A stretch of DNA of 64,000 nt from Callorhinchus milii (GCF_018977255.1 NW_024704742.1:114454001-114518000); one strand, 5' to 3'. Positions 1 through 13,182 are shown, counted from the stretch's first letter. Program-made: numbers and translations. Notes: generated from the letters alone by a model not told the origin.

Positions 1-1251
1 GGACATACTGCTTTTGAATGACATTCTACTAATACTTTATCTGAGACTTGGCCAAATATGAGGTATAATTGAATTTGAATGAATATGAGAAATAAGTCTT
101 CTTTTGTGTTCACTGCTTTGCCAGGATGCCATAATGTGCTTCTTTGCAACAGAAATATACGCTCATATTTATCTTATAAATAATAATAATAATTTGCAGT
201 TATATAGAGCTTTACATGTAAACTAAACATCCCAAATTGCTTTACAAAATATAATTGATTACCAATGAAAGTGAATGTTGTTACTCATAGGCAAACGTGG
301 CAACCAATCTACTTAATTGAGCAATAAAATGGCTAATGTAACATTTCACTTTTTTTAATTGTATTGTGTAAATTAAGTATAGTTTAGATAAATCAATGTA
401 GCATTTTTTTTACTGCTCCAAGCTTAAAAGTTAACATTTACAAATGTATGTAATCAGCTGCATTTCAGGATCTCATACATATATGATTCATATGAGTTAT
501 TTTTAGAGTCAAGGTACAATATCAGATGTTGACCATCCCATGTTGGAAACAGTTAGCTTTATTAATATGTACAGTTCTACATTTTTGAGAATGGAGGAAG
601 ACTTGGTCTTTCACTGCTTTATCCTGTGCTCCAAAAGCTAACAATGATATGTGCAACCAGAACAACTTTAATTGATCCTCAATCCACACAACAGCAAGAA
701 ACCTCATCATCACTCAAAGGTATTATAAAGTCAGCCTACGCTAAGTAACAAGGTTTATCTAATTGTTGCAGTAATACTAATTTTGAAATATCTGGTTATG
801 TGTGTGAATAGAATGATAATTTTAGCAAAATGTATTGTACCCTTCTTGATGTGAAGTCTACAGAATGGTCATTTAATCCTCACCATTGTTGTTTGTGTGC
901 TCTACAATTTGAGTTAGACAGATCTTCTACATCAAATAGTGGGGCACATCAAGCTTCCTCTTCTCCTCAATGAAATAATAAATAATCGCTTACTTCCTCT
1001 GCTGGTTCAATTATTTCCTTTTTAGGAATTACTTATTCTACAGACTATGCTTCTTCTTTGCATTACTGATGATGAAGTGTTTTTACTGTACTTGAAAATG
1101 TTAAACTTTTTCAATGCTTTTTCTTGGAACAAGAACTATATCAAGATGTCATAGCAAGGTACTATATCAAATGCAAGGATTCTTATGATTATTACTTACT
1201 ATTGCATAATGCTGCTAGCAGTCCTCAGCACCAATGTAGTTGCAGGGCTAT

Positions 1252-1413
1252 AACAAAAACAACGACTTTTATATAGTGCCCTGCATGTGGGGTAGTATCT
1301 CGGGAGTGCTTAATAATAGCCTGGTTTGATACTGAGACAAGGCGGTGACTGTGGGCATGGTCGAAGAGGAAAGTCTTCAGGTAGATAGGGAAAGATTGAG
1401 GCAGGGAGTTCCA
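1252..1413 (-). mobile_element. L2 LINE 3' end fragment
   Basis: Reverse complement of the L2 tail (CAA-like repeat, tttatatagtgccc, ggtcgaagaggaaagtcttcag) matching the other L2 copies in the window. Confidence 0.75.
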
Positions 1414-1589
1414 ATACCTATCTCATTTGCTTGACTTTACTTTAAAAAAGCAGAAGTGATAAGAAATGGAAAAGAGGAGCAGGAAGAGCTTCTGAATGTC
1501 CATTTCCAGTTTCCTTGCTCTTCAACCTTTTCTTAAAAGGCTTGGAGAGGGAGATCTTAGAGGTGAATAATACAAGGATAAACAGCATT

Positions 1590-2510
1590 CAAAGTACATA
1601 AGCCAGAGTGTGGCAGATGGATTTTAATATAGGTAACTGTGAGGTAATACATTTTGGAGCAAGAAGTGTTAAAATAGGAAAGGGAGATATCTGGGATTGA
1701 TTATTGTTTATTTACTGAAGATTTCCAGTCATTGTGAAGCTGGTGTCAACAAACGAATCAAATCCAAGGTTGCATCTTGTGGGTATTTGACCATATTTTA
1801 CATAGCTATTTTAACCTTCTCATATTAACATTGCTAATGGCATATATGGAATATTATAAGCAATTTTGGACACCTTCCCTTCAAAAACTGTCATTTGGAA
1901 AAGGTTCAGTGTGAATCCATGTATCGGAATTCTAAACCATTTGGATAGGATTGTAAAGTGAATTGTATTTTCCTTAGAAAATAAGACTGAGGTGGGGAAC
2001 ATGATGCAGGTCTGTAAAATGATGAGAGGCACAGATGATTTAGATGTAAGCAAACTATTTGACAGACTGTGAGAGCAGAACAACATACATTTAAAATGAA
2101 AAAGCCTTGTGTAGCACTGGAGATTAGAAGAGATATTTTTCTCACAGAATAATGGATATGTGAAACTGATTCCCAACAAAAGCAGTCAATACCATACTGC
2201 TTCAAAGCGAACTGCTTGGGAATGTGTAGATATAAGGACAGAAGAAGACTGAGATGAACAAGTCCTGTGCTGTACATAGAGATTTGTACAGTGTTGGTGT
2301 TGGAGGTGGAGGAGGTGAGAGAAGGTGTTTCTTTGTTGAAAAAAGGAGGTCAGGTTTGAATGGGGATGAACATTTTGGAGTTGCTGGTTTATTACCGTTG
2401 AGGATCAGTTAAATATCAATGTAGGATAGCCACAGGGGACAGAGTGAGTGGGCTGGAGTCCGCACTAGAAAAGGGTTTGATAGGCAAAATGGCTAGATTT
2501 TCTCATTCCA
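1590..2510 (+). mobile_element. Degenerate CR1 LINE fragment (C-terminal ORF2 and 3' end)
   Basis: tggcagatggattttaatataggtaactgtgaggtaatacattttgg encodes WQMDFNIGNCEVIHFG, the CR1 WQMxFNxxKCxVxHFG motif; heavily decayed downstream. Confidence 0.7.
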
Positions 2511-3419
2511 TACTTTTGTTCTCATGTTCTAATAGTTAGACATACATAGATCAAGCCCCTTGGCCTCATTGCAACATTTTCCTTATATGATTTCTGACAA
2601 GCCTACAGATACATTGATTGTTGGATTCAGTAATATTTGTTCCATCACTATTGCTTATATTAACATGTACCAGATCACTGAACCTCAGAATCAATTAAGA
2701 ATAGAGTCCAGCAGTCATGAGCGAGATGTATAGCATTTCATTGACCAGCTCTGCTATTCTCCCTTGTTCCTGTTCAATTCAAATGTGAGTGGCACTCTGG
2801 GTGTCCAATCTTTTACTTTCCACTGGATTCCGTTGAGAGAACCAGGGTTTCATTTATTCTTAATAAAATGAGTTAGGTTGCTTAGAGCGCTGACAGTCAT
2901 CTGCTACTACGTTCAGCAGTCTTATATGTGATGATCCACATTAGCGATTAATAGCATTTAGACACCAGTTGTAACAGAACTTAGTTACTAGATCCTGCAG
3001 AAGGGTGTTTTCCATTCTTAAACATATAAATGCAAAGTATTGTCAACCAGTTTGCCACCAAACTTATGAATGCTGAATTACATCTGCTAAAAGTAGATAC
3101 AACGTAACTGCAAAAATGTATTTAAAAGGCACATAAGAAATTGCTTTAATCACATTTACACACTAATCAGAGTTGCATGAGTGGATACTTAAAACACATT
3201 ACATTTCCAAATGCTCTTCACATTTAGCAAACAGGCTGCAAGCCCTTAAATGTCAAAATCTAGGAGTCTTTTGAATTCATTGACTTGTTCACGAGAAATG
3301 CAATTGTTCAAACGCTAACAGGATTTCGGAGGGGTTAAAAACAATGGAGATGAGGGGAGCTATTTTATAACCTCAGATAAGGATGATGAAATATTGACTT
3401 TGGGGATGAATTAGAAAGA

Positions 3420-3877
3420 AGGGGGAGCGATGCTCAGTTTGATTCTGCGCCCCTGGTTTTCAGATTACTTTTTTTTCCCCGAAGCAAAGTGTGCAGCATC
3501 TCTGACAATAAAATAGCATCGAGAACTCCGGGTTTTCAGAGCAGCCCGTCTCTAATAAGGTCGAACTAGGAAAGAAGTTTTACGGCGAGTAGAAGCAACT
3601 CCCTCTGCTGCATCAACAACTACTACTAATATATTCTTTCATATTTTCGGAGCGCGCAGCCCGAGACGATGAGGGGGGGTTTTTAATCTCGCTTTAACAT
3701 TTGGCGGGCAGGGTGAATAAAATGCAATGCATCGGGACGCCGACGCGGGCTCTTATTTTATGTAACTTTCTTTTTAAGGTTGCAATAAAACTGTAGATCT
3801 CAAAACGGGACGAATGTGACAAGCCACTGCGAAATGGGGCTGCTGTTAGCGCAGAGCGGAGCGGAGCAGAGCAGCGA
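3420..3877. promoter_or_regulatory. CpG-retaining segment (left part of an island continuing to about 6.4 kb)
   Basis: Roughly 25-30 CpGs in about 460 bp against a strongly CpG-depleted background; not a recognisable repeat. Confidence 0.55.
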
Positions 3878-5305
3878 GGCTGGGGCTGGGGGCTGGGCTG
3901 CTGGGGGGGGGCTGGGCTGCTGGGGGGCTGGGCTGCTGGGGGGGGCTGGGCTGCTGGGGGGGCTGGGCTGCTGGGGAGGGCTGGGCTGCTGGGCTGGGGG
4001 GGGCTGGGCTGCTGGGGGGGGCTGGGCTGCTGGGGGGGCTGGGCTGCTGGGCTGGGGGGGGGCTGGGCTGGGGGGGGCTGGGCTGCTGGGGGGGCTGGGC
4101 TGCTGGGGGGGCTGGGCTGCTGGGGGGGCTGGGCTGCTGGGGGGGCTGGGCTGGGGGGGCTGGGCTGCTGGGGGGGCTGGGCTGCTGGGGGGGGCTGGGC
4201 TGCTGGGCTGGGGGGGGCTGGGCTGCTGGGGGGGGCTGGGCTGCTGGGGGGGCTGGGCTGCTGGGGGCTGGGGGGGGGGCTGGGCTGCTGGGGGGGGCTG
4301 GGCTGCTGGGGGGGCTGGGCTGCTGGGGGGCTGGGCTGCTGGGGGGGCTGGGCTGCTGGGGGGGGCTGGGCTGCTGGGGGGGCTGGGCTGCTGGGGGGGC
4401 TGGGCTGCTGGGGCTGGGGGGGCTGGGCTGCTGGGGGGGCTGGGCTGCTGGGGGGGGCTGGGCTGCTGGGGGGGGCTGGGCTGCTGGGGGGCTGGGCTGC
4501 TGGGGGGGGCTGGGCTGCTGGGGGGGCTGGGCTGCTGGGGGGGCTGGGCTGCTGGGGGGGCTGGGCTGCTGGGGGGCTGGGCTGCTGGGGGGGCTGGGCT
4601 GCTGCTGGGCTGGGGGGGGCTGGGCTGCTGGGGGGGGCTGGGGGCTGGGCTGCTGGGGGGGCTGGGCTGGGGGGGCTGGGCTGCTGGGGGGCTGGGCTGG
4701 GGCTGGGCTGCTGGGGGGCTGGGCTGCTGGGGGGGCTGGGCTGCTGGGGGGGCTGGGCTGCTGGGGGGGCTGGGCTGCTGGGGGGGGGCTGGGCTGCTGG
4801 GGGGGGCTGGGCTGCTGGGGGGGCTGGGCTGCTGGGGGCTGGGCTGCTGGGGGGGCTGGGCTGCTGGGGGGGGCTGGGCTGCTGGGGGGGGGCTGGGCTG
4901 CTGGGGGGGGCTGGGCTGCTGGGGGGGCTGGGCTGCTGGGGGGGGCTGGGCTGGGGGGGGGCTGGGCTGCTGGGGGGGGCTGGGCTGCTGGGGGGGGGGC
5001 TGGGGGGGGCTGGGCTGCTGGGCTGGGGGGGGGCTGCTGGGGGGGTCTGGGCTGGCCTGGGGGGGGCTGGGGCTGGGGGGGCTGGGGCTGGGGCTGGGTT
5101 GCTGGGGTGTGCTGGGCTGGGGGGGCCTGGGTGCTGGGCTGGGGGCTGGGGCTGGGGTGTGCTAAGCTGGGAGTTGGGGTGTGCTGGGCTGTGGGTTGGG
5201 GTGTGCTGGGCTGGGGGCTGTGGCTCTGGGCTGCTGGGGCTGGGCTGGGGCTAGGCTGGGGTGTGCTGGGCTGAGGGGGGCTGGGGGCTGGGGGGGGGGG
5301 GGGCT
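3878..5305 (+). repeat. G-rich minisatellite, unit about CTGGGCTGCTG(G)5-8
   Basis: Directly visible tandem array, almost no A on the + strand, degenerating after about 5040. Confidence 0.97.
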
Positions 5306-6431
5306 CAGCCGCTGTCCACTGTCACTGGACATTAACACTTGTGCTTTCACAATGAGCTCCACTGTTGGGTTGACTCTCTCTCTCCCTGTCCTCCTGCTCC
5401 AGCAGAGGGGTCATCATAAACCAAACCAAACCGAAGCAAATCAATGTGCTTTGAGCGAAACACACGCTCTCGTGTTCTTTCAGAGCCCTCAGAGAAGGGT
5501 ATTTTTCATCGCTGTCCTCACACACTGTGTGTATGTGTGTATGTTGGGGGGGGCTCAACCCTGCAAACAATGGGCTCATAAAATAACCCTCTACCCTCTG
5601 CTCCCTCCCTCCCTTCATAACACCCACATGTTTGACCAGCACTGTGCATTGGGGTTTCTATCCGCAAAGTAACAGTGTTTGAGGGATCATATGGTTTGGG
5701 ATTGTTTTCCTTGTGCATTTGATCGCACACACACACACACAAGAGGCATAAGGCACCAATGCACAGACAGCCACACGGATTGCACCGCAAAACAATAAGA
5801 CTCAAACTATCTTTATTTGACCTCAAGAGTGAGGGATTTTTTTGTTTTCGTCTTGGTTTCTCGCACAGACCCAGCAAAGGTCTCTTCTTGTGCGTCAATG
5901 TTTCAACCGTAGGAATGACTCACTCGGACAACAGGTTAAATCATTTCTGTTGTTTGGGAGCAGCAGAACACGTCGCTCTCTCTGTACTGTGCTGTACTGG
6001 AGCAGTTGCAGAGATGAATGTGCACTTCTTTTTGAAGATGGTTTGCAGGACTGCCCACTCTTACCATTGCCTATCTGCATCTGATTCCCCCTCCTCTACC
6101 CCCCACCACAGGGAATACAGAACACTTATTTTTAAAATGGAACTTTTTGGGTTACCCTGACACTTATCTGTGTCTCCAGGTTAACACTTGAAGATTGAGA
6201 CGGAACCTATTGTTAACGCTGCCTTAGCCAGCAGAGTGTCTGATATTGTTGGCATTTGCCGAGGAATACAAAGATCGTACTGTGATCACAAACCAAAAAA
6301 TTAAATTGCAGTTCACGGCAATAACTAGTTCTCGGGTAAAATCATTTTCCACCTGATTGTTTAGAATCTTCCCTAAAGCTGTTACCCTATGTGACGGACA
6401 CTATATAAATACAAGTTCTTGTAATAAGCCC

Positions 6432-6884
6432 GTAGGCCTGGCTGAGTTGGTAGCCCTCTCTCTCACTCTTGCCTCCAATTCAGACGGTTGTGGGTTCAAG
6501 CCCCAAGTGGGGTCTTTGAGCTCAGTCTAGGCCGACACTCCAATGCAATGCTGGGAAGGAAGCATTGTATTGTTGGAGGTGCCATCCTTTGGATGAGCTG
6601 TTAAAATGTTTAATGTCTGCCTGTTCAGGAGGATGTTAAAGATCCCATTGCATTATTCAAAAAGAGAAGGGAGTTTCTTCCTTTGTCCTGGTGAAGAACC
6701 CCTCCCTCCCCGCCCCCAACCCGACAAAATTCATCATTCACTTTGTGTCTGTTTGTGGGCCAATGCTGTGCACAAATTGGTTGCTGCATTTGCTTACAAA
6801 TACAGAGTCGTCACAATTGACAGTAATTCCTTTGAAGCCCTTTGAGACTGCGCAACAATGTGATAAGGAGTTATATCAAAATTT
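6432..6884 (+). mobile_element. Deu-domain tRNA-derived SINE (SacSINE1/AmnSINE-like)
   Basis: tRNA-like head (ggctgagttggtagc...gggttcaagcccc), Deu-like core (ggaggtgccatcctttggatgag...gatcccattgcattatt...tgctgtgcacaaattggttgctgc) and L2-like tail. Confidence 0.8.
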
Positions 6885-7189
6885 CTCTATTCTCTCCCCA
6901 AGGTTAACTATCTACATACACACGGCCCTTCTCAGTTTGCAGGTTCTGTCCAAGACATACATGGCATAAATGTTGCTGTTTTATATATCCAAGAAGAGTG
7001 AAACCTGTCCCTTCTCTGTTTTTCCTATTATCCTGATAGTGCTGGAATAATACCATCATTATTTTACTGGGCAGTTATTTAAACTGGAGTGCAAATTATA
7101 TGAGATGCACGCACTACCATGAAGGACTGTGGGTGGGGGTTGGGAGGCTTGAGAGAAGAACTCAGTGTACATTTTCAGTTTCGCTAACA

Positions 7190-7285
7190 AATATACAGTC
7201 AATTCACTTTACAAAATATTCTGTGAAGCGCTTTGAGACGTTGAGAAGACGTGAAAAGCGCTATATCAAAATGCAAGGATTATTA
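7190..7285 (+). mobile_element. SINE 3' tail fragment
   Basis: atacagtcaattcactttac...gtgaagcgctttgagacg...gctatatcaaaatgcaaggattatta. Confidence 0.8.
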
Positions 7286-8009
7286 CATGCCCCTGAAGCA
7301 CATGTAACTCTGCCAGTGTGTTTTCTCCTGACAAAATATGTTAAAGCTTCAGTGAAGAAGAAAGTAAATTAAAGACAGATGTGTATCAGTGATAATTATG
7401 TTTTGAGTGTCACAAAAAACAATGTTAAGATCAGAAGAATATAGGTCAAGCTGGCACTGACAGTATTATGCTACACTTTTAAGGGCGGCAAAAGGAAATT
7501 CACAGCAAGGCACCATCCCAAAACTACAGTACAAGCGCATAAGATCACCTGGCTTTGTTAGAGTATGACTGGGACTAATTGAGCTTCAACAATCAGCAGG
7601 TTTCTAGGACTGAGTAAATAATATCTGCGTAAGATTCCAGTAGCCTTAAGTTGGAACCAAAGTTGCGTATATCGATGGAAGGAAAATATTTTCCATTCAG
7701 GCGTTAATACATTTACATTGGTCTTGTAAGCAGCTCGGTGTACCTTTCTGAGAATAAGATTCGAGTTCTAGAGATTTTTTTGAGAAATGTTAGACTCCAG
7801 CAGTGTCAGTGGATCAGTACCAACCAAATGTTTATTGCTCGGTTGCCCCGTCAGTGTGTTGAAATTGGCATAATACTTTGTAGTTGACTGAAATTTTAAA
7901 TTGCTGCTGTCTGCTTCCAACTTTGTTGGAGATTGTAGTGTTTTGTGCTCTATGAAAACAGATTACAGAATACCAACTCTGTCTTCCCATGACAGTCTAT
8001 TAAAGTGTC

Positions 8010-8995
8010 ATAGCTTCAACCACCCTCTGTCAACCGATCTATTCTTCTCCACCTCCATTCCACTCACCTTCATGGTCCTGTCCTTACCTGGTTTCATTCT
8101 TACCTACCCCAACATCTCCACTTCATATCTGCCAATGGCTTCTCCTCCCGCTCCAACACCATCATGTGTGACGTTCCTCACGGCTCTTTCCTTGGTCCTC
8201 TCCTCATTAATATTTACATGCTCCCGCTTAGTGGTGTCATCTGCAACCATGGGTTAACTTCCACCCATATGCAGATGACACTCAACTCTATCTCTCCACC
8301 TCTTCCTTCAATTCCAGGGCCTGCTGTTCTGATTGATTGCCTGTCGGACATTAAGGCAAATGCCCGCCACTACCTCTCTCTCCAGGTCAATGAGACCCAT
8401 ATTCATGCTTTTATAATGTCCAGACTTGACTACGCCAACTCTGCTTGTGGACTTCCCAACTCTTCCCTCCATACAAGCAGCAGACCATTTAGAATTCTGA
8501 AGTTCATGTCCCTTCCCACACTGGGCTCCGCAAGCCAATCACCCCCGTCTTTGCCTGGTTCCACTGGCTCCCCATCCCCCAGAGGATCAAGTTCAAGATC
8601 TTTGTCCTCACTTTTAAAGACCTCACAGTCTTGCTGCACCCTACGTTGTGACCTTCTAAAATCTTACCAACCCACTCACACCCTCCGCTCAGCAGGTACT
8701 GGCCTGCTTCCTGTCCCTGCCTTGCCCGGCCCACCAACGGTAGTTGGGCCTTCCATCTTTCTGCCCTCATTCCATTCCAGAGTTGCTTCATCTCATTCCT
8801 TCCTCTTCTCTTTCAAGGTCCGTCTCAAGACTCTCTTTGATTACGCCTTCAGTCATCTTCCCACCCCCACTCCCCTTGGCCCCTATCCCTTGCAAATCCA
8901 ACCCCCAGCTCAGATGCAAAAACCCTCAATTGTCCAGCACCTTGGGACATCCTTCTGATGTGAAAGGTACTATATAAATGCAATTTGTTGTAGTT
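8010..8995 (+). mobile_element. L2 LINE, 5'-truncated and internally deleted (family A tail)
   Basis: Translates to RT-like VPHGSFLGPLLINIYML and SRLDYANS; ends with gtgaaaggtactatataaatgcaatttgttg. Confidence 0.9.
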
Positions 8996-9619
8996 CTTAT
9001 TATATGTTCTTGCCCTTTATATAAAGAAAAATTTCCTGATTTCTATCATAAACTTGTTCTTCATAACACTGAATCTATTTCCTTGTCATTCTGCCTTGTC
9101 ATACCTAAAAGTTCTGTTCTGGGATTACTTTTCTAACCAGTTCAGCAACTTTGTAAGATTCCCTTTGAGACCTCTCTTGAAGAGTTCTTACTTATTTAGT
9201 TAGCTATTCCTGAAAGCTCATTTCTCTGACACTGAGGATCAATTTGGCCACTCTCTCATGTATTGCAGAGCTCTAGGGCCCAAGCAGTTTATGTCATACA
9301 AAAAAGTAGTCAACACACAGCCTGATCAGAGTCCTGTACAGATTGAGTGTGACATCTAGTGATCTTAACTTAACAGATTTGGCAATGCAACCCAGAAATC
9401 TGTTTGCGTATATCAATCTTGGTTCCAGTGTGGAAAAAGGCTGAAATTACCATCAAGTTAGCTTGAACGTTGTTTGAAGATAAAACAAAAAGGTATTATT
9501 ATTCACTGATTTATGTAACTGTAGTTAGCACAATTCTACTTCTTAATAGAAATAATGTAGACAGAACAGTGATTAATTCTGAAATATTAAATGGATGCAG
9601 TAATAGAGCACATACATCT

Positions 9620-9760
9620 TGGAAAATAAAAACCTAAATGGGGTAGAGGAGCAAAGGAACCTAGGGGTACACATACACAATTCACTAAAAGTAGCAACCC
9701 AGGTTAATAAAGCCATATAAAAAAAAACAGGCATTGGGATTCATTTCTAGAGGGATAATG
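9620..9760 (+). mobile_element. CR1 fragment
   Basis: ggggtagaggagcaaaggaacctaggggtacacatacacaattcactaaaagtagc encodes GVEEQRNLGVHIHNSLKVA, typical of CR1 ORF2. Confidence 0.8.
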
Positions 9761-9774
9761 GCCATGGCATGAAT

Positions 9775-10405
9775 TACCAATTTTATCTGGAAGATTGTTG
9801 GTAATGACACCGGGAGAGACTCCCTTCTTTTTTCAAATAGTGCCAAGGGCTCTTTAACCTCCATCTGAATAGGTAGACTTGTACCTATGATGGAGTCCTG
9901 TAGCTCAGTGGTTGGAGAATTCGCCTGGCAAACGAGACACCTGGGTTCATTTCCAGGCAGGTCAGGGCGAAACCTTGGGCAAGTTTCCTTACTCCACACG
10001 CCTAATAATAATCCCTCCAAAACAAAACAATAATAAATTTGTCATTTTCAATCCACAACTGATAGTGGGACACTGCTGTGCACAATTGGCTGCCGCGTTT
10101 CGCCCACAAATATACAGTCAATTCACTTTACAGCATATTCCATGAAGTGCTTCGAGACGTCGAGAAGAGGTGAAAAGCGCTATATCAAATGCAAGGATTA
10201 TTATTATATATTATAGACATGTACTCAGTTTAACAGGAAGCAATGAACATCTCATCCTAAGGATTGCACCTCCAGCACTAAAAACGCTCACCCAGAATTG
10301 GCACTAAACTGTCAGCTTGGACTGTGAGCTCAAAGTCCCATTTTGGAGCTTTTACTCATAATCACCTGACCCAGTGATAAAAGTGCTACTAACTGAGCCA
10401 GGCTG
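9775..10405 (-). mobile_element. Deu-domain SINE split by a younger SINE
   Basis: Two collinear halves (about 9775-9886 and 10214-10405) of the reverse-complement Deu-SINE. Confidence 0.7.
9891..10210 (+). mobile_element. Young tRNA-derived SINE, short form
   Basis: A box tagctcagtgg, B-box-like gggttcatttcc, Deu 3' segment, L2-type tail ending in (TTA)n. Confidence 0.9.
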
Positions 10406-10619
10406 ACGTCTGACACCGGATTGCAAGAATGTAAGTATGTGACACATGACTGAAAATTGGTGATGCAATGTATCCTATCTGGCAAAAGGTACATGAAAAA
10501 GCAGAGCTGAGATGATTGGGCTTGTGGGTAGTGGATGACCTAAATAAGAACGAACAGGGAAACTCTTGCAAAAACTGCAGAAAAAGCATAATAACAAGCT
10601 CTAGAGACATCTGTGGGTA

Positions 10620-11305
10620 CAACAACAACATTTGTATAGGGCCTTTCACGTCGGGAGGACGTCCCAAGGTGCTGGACAGAGTACAGAATTTCTGACCCGA
10701 TCTGGGTTGGGAGGGGTTAAGGGAGCGGAGGGGAAGGGGGGTGGCCGATGGCATGGTCGAAGAGGAGGGTCTTGAGGAGGGACTTGAAGGAGGCTAAGGA
10801 GGGGGGAGTTCCAGAGGTTGGGGGCAGGGTGGCTCAAGGCTCTCCCGCCAATGGTGGGGCGGGTGGGGCGGGGGATGTGGAGCAGGCCAGAGGCAGCTGA
10901 GCGGAGGGAACAGGCGGGTTGGTATGGGCTTAGGAGGTCACAGAGGTAGGGTGGGGCGAGGCCATGGAGGGCTTTGTATATGAGGACCAGGATCTTGAAC
11001 TGGATCCTCTGAAGGAGAGGGAGCCAGTGGAGTCGGGCGAGAATGGGGGAGATGGGGTCATGGCGTTTGTGCTGGAGAGGACATGGGCTGCAGAGTTCTG
11101 GATTATCTGCAGCCTGTGGAGGGAGGAGTTGGGAAGGCCGACAAGTAGGGCGATTGCATAGTCGAGCCTGGAGGTGATGAAGGCATGAACAAGAGTTTCA
11201 GCGGCCTGAGGGGTGAGGTAGTGGCGGAGTCGGGCGATGTTACGAAGGTGAGGGAAGGCAGAGCGGGTCATGGCTTGAATGTCGGGCTGAAAAGACAGTT
11301 CAGGG
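10620..11305 (-). mobile_element. L2 LINE 3' portion (family A)
   Basis: ORF HLRNIARLRHYLTPQAAETLVHAFITSRLDYAIALL; (CAA)n tail at the left end. Confidence 0.92.
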
Positions 11306-11634
11306 TAGCCTGGTTTACTTGACTGATTGACGATTTGAAACTAGAGACTGCGGTTGCCATGTTAGTCCTCTGCTGCAGCAAGTTGTGTGTTCCAAATGAT
11401 GGAATAGAATCTGTTTGTTTGCCATTTTGTCCAGGCCAGATCATACTTCATCAAATAACTGTCATAAATGATAAAGGAACATTTGTGGCTATTTACCTGG
11501 CAGTTGTCATCACTGTTCAAATAAACACAGATGGAGTGCCTCTCAATAGGGAGAAAAACAGCGTTTAATGTTACCTGGATATCAGTATAGTTCTTGTGTT
11601 GTGAAGTAAGTTTCATAAAGACAGAAAGCTTGTC

Positions 11635-12025
11635 AGCCTGGCTCAATTGATAGCACTCCCATCTCTGGGTCAGAAGGTTGTGGATTCAAGTCCCATGTTA
11701 GAATTTTGAGCTCATTGAGCGTTGGTTGCATTGTCGGAGGTGCTATCCTTTGGATGAGATATTCAATTGAGGTCCCGGCCACCTGTTCAGGTGGATGTTT
11801 GGAGGCAAAATATTTGTTTTACCTCCATGTCTATGGCACTATTTGAAAAAAGTTTCTCTTGATCTCCTGACCAAAAATCCTCCAGATAAAATTGGTAAAT
11901 TCACTTCATAGCTGTTTATGGGGCATTGCAAACTGGCCTACAAAATACAGTCAGTACAGTTCACATACATTTTATGAAGCACTTTGAGATGTTCTTGACG
12001 TCATACTTGCTAAATTAATGCAATT
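11635..12025 (+). mobile_element. Deu-domain SINE
   Basis: ggctcaattgatagcactc...gaaggttgtggattcaagtccc...gtcggaggtgctatcctttggatgag. Confidence 0.75.
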
Positions 12026-12824
12026 ATAAAGCAATTTTGATTTTCCTACTGACTCAAAGGGCTTTAGCATCTTGCTGTGAATGTGTAGTGGGGCCTCTTA
12101 GTGCATGACATAATGTCTGTTTCTAATGTAGGATTAAGTAACAGTTACCCAGACTACTTTTGCCTTTAGCTGCAACAATGTTTTCAATCACAACTCTTTG
12201 TACAGATCCAGCTTGCCTGCATTCTGAAACAGTTTACAAGCGATTTACACTACACAATCTATTGATGCTTCACTGTGCTGGGTCACAGAGCAGTTGAACA
12301 GGCATTTTGGTCCACCTTTCTCCTAAATCAGTGGTGGCCAACGTTTATGGTCAGCCTACAAAATAAAGGAAGAAATCACAAAGTCAAAGAAAAACAATTT
12401 CTAATTGCTACGATTGGAAAATAACATGATTAAAATGAAGTTGTCAAGGCAAATTTGGAACTGCAAACCATATATATCTTTGTAGAAATTCAAACATTAC
12501 TAAATTCAATAGAATCAGAAGTCATTGTAGGCACAGCCTTTGGACATTTTAAGATGAAAATGAAGATTAAATCATCATGTGAAGATTGTGTTTGAATGAA
12601 TAAACCACAAGACATCCATGGAGGAGAACCTGCAACAAACTAAGACAAAGTGACACCTCTTAATTTACATTTACATTATCATTATTATACAAATTCATAA
12701 TTGCCATCATCTTTGATTTTTTGGGTCACTGTTGTTTGTATGCAGAATATCTGGCAGCTATCCAAAACATACTGCTTATAATAGAATTCTCCCTTTAGTC
12801 CTGAAACAATTTTTCAACTTTCAA

Positions 12825-13182
12825 TAAATAATACTCATTGCATTTCATATGTGGTTAGCGCCTTATCACATCGTCAAGACATCTCAAAGATATTCATAGG
12901 ATTTTGCTGTAGTTTGTAGTGACTGTGTATCTATGTGAACATGACAGCCAATTTGTGCACAGCAATGTCCCACAATTCACAAAAAGTGAATGACCAATTT
13001 TACTTGGGAGATTGTTGGCTAAGACATGGGAGAGACTCCATTCTCTTTTCAAGTAATGCCATGGGATCTTTAATGTCCACAAGAACAGGTCAGAGGGGAG
13101 CTTGATTTAACGTCTCATCCAGAGGATGGTACCTCTGAAAATACAGAGCACGCTCAGCACTGTATTGGAATGTCAGCCTAGC
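12825..13182 (-). mobile_element. Deu-domain SINE (head missing)
   Basis: Reverse complement of the Deu core and tail. Confidence 0.75.

Noticed and set aside
985..1075. Minus-strand donor GAA/GTAAGC as SSBP2 exon 1
   Set aside because: The upstream frames I checked contain stops and show no similarity to SSBP2
3816..5165. 449-aa Gly/Trp/Leu-rich ORF
   Set aside because: Artefact of an almost A-free tandem repeat that rarely forms stop codons; starts at GTG; frame depends on homopolymer lengths
3878..5305. Immunoglobulin switch region
   Set aside because: GGGCT pentamers resemble one, but the array has almost no AGCT, no Ig exons are present, and the locus is ATG10
9891..9965. tRNA genes (also at 30641, 31075, 50880, 57132)
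   Set aside because: These are SINE heads joined to SINE bodies, without a complete cloverleaf
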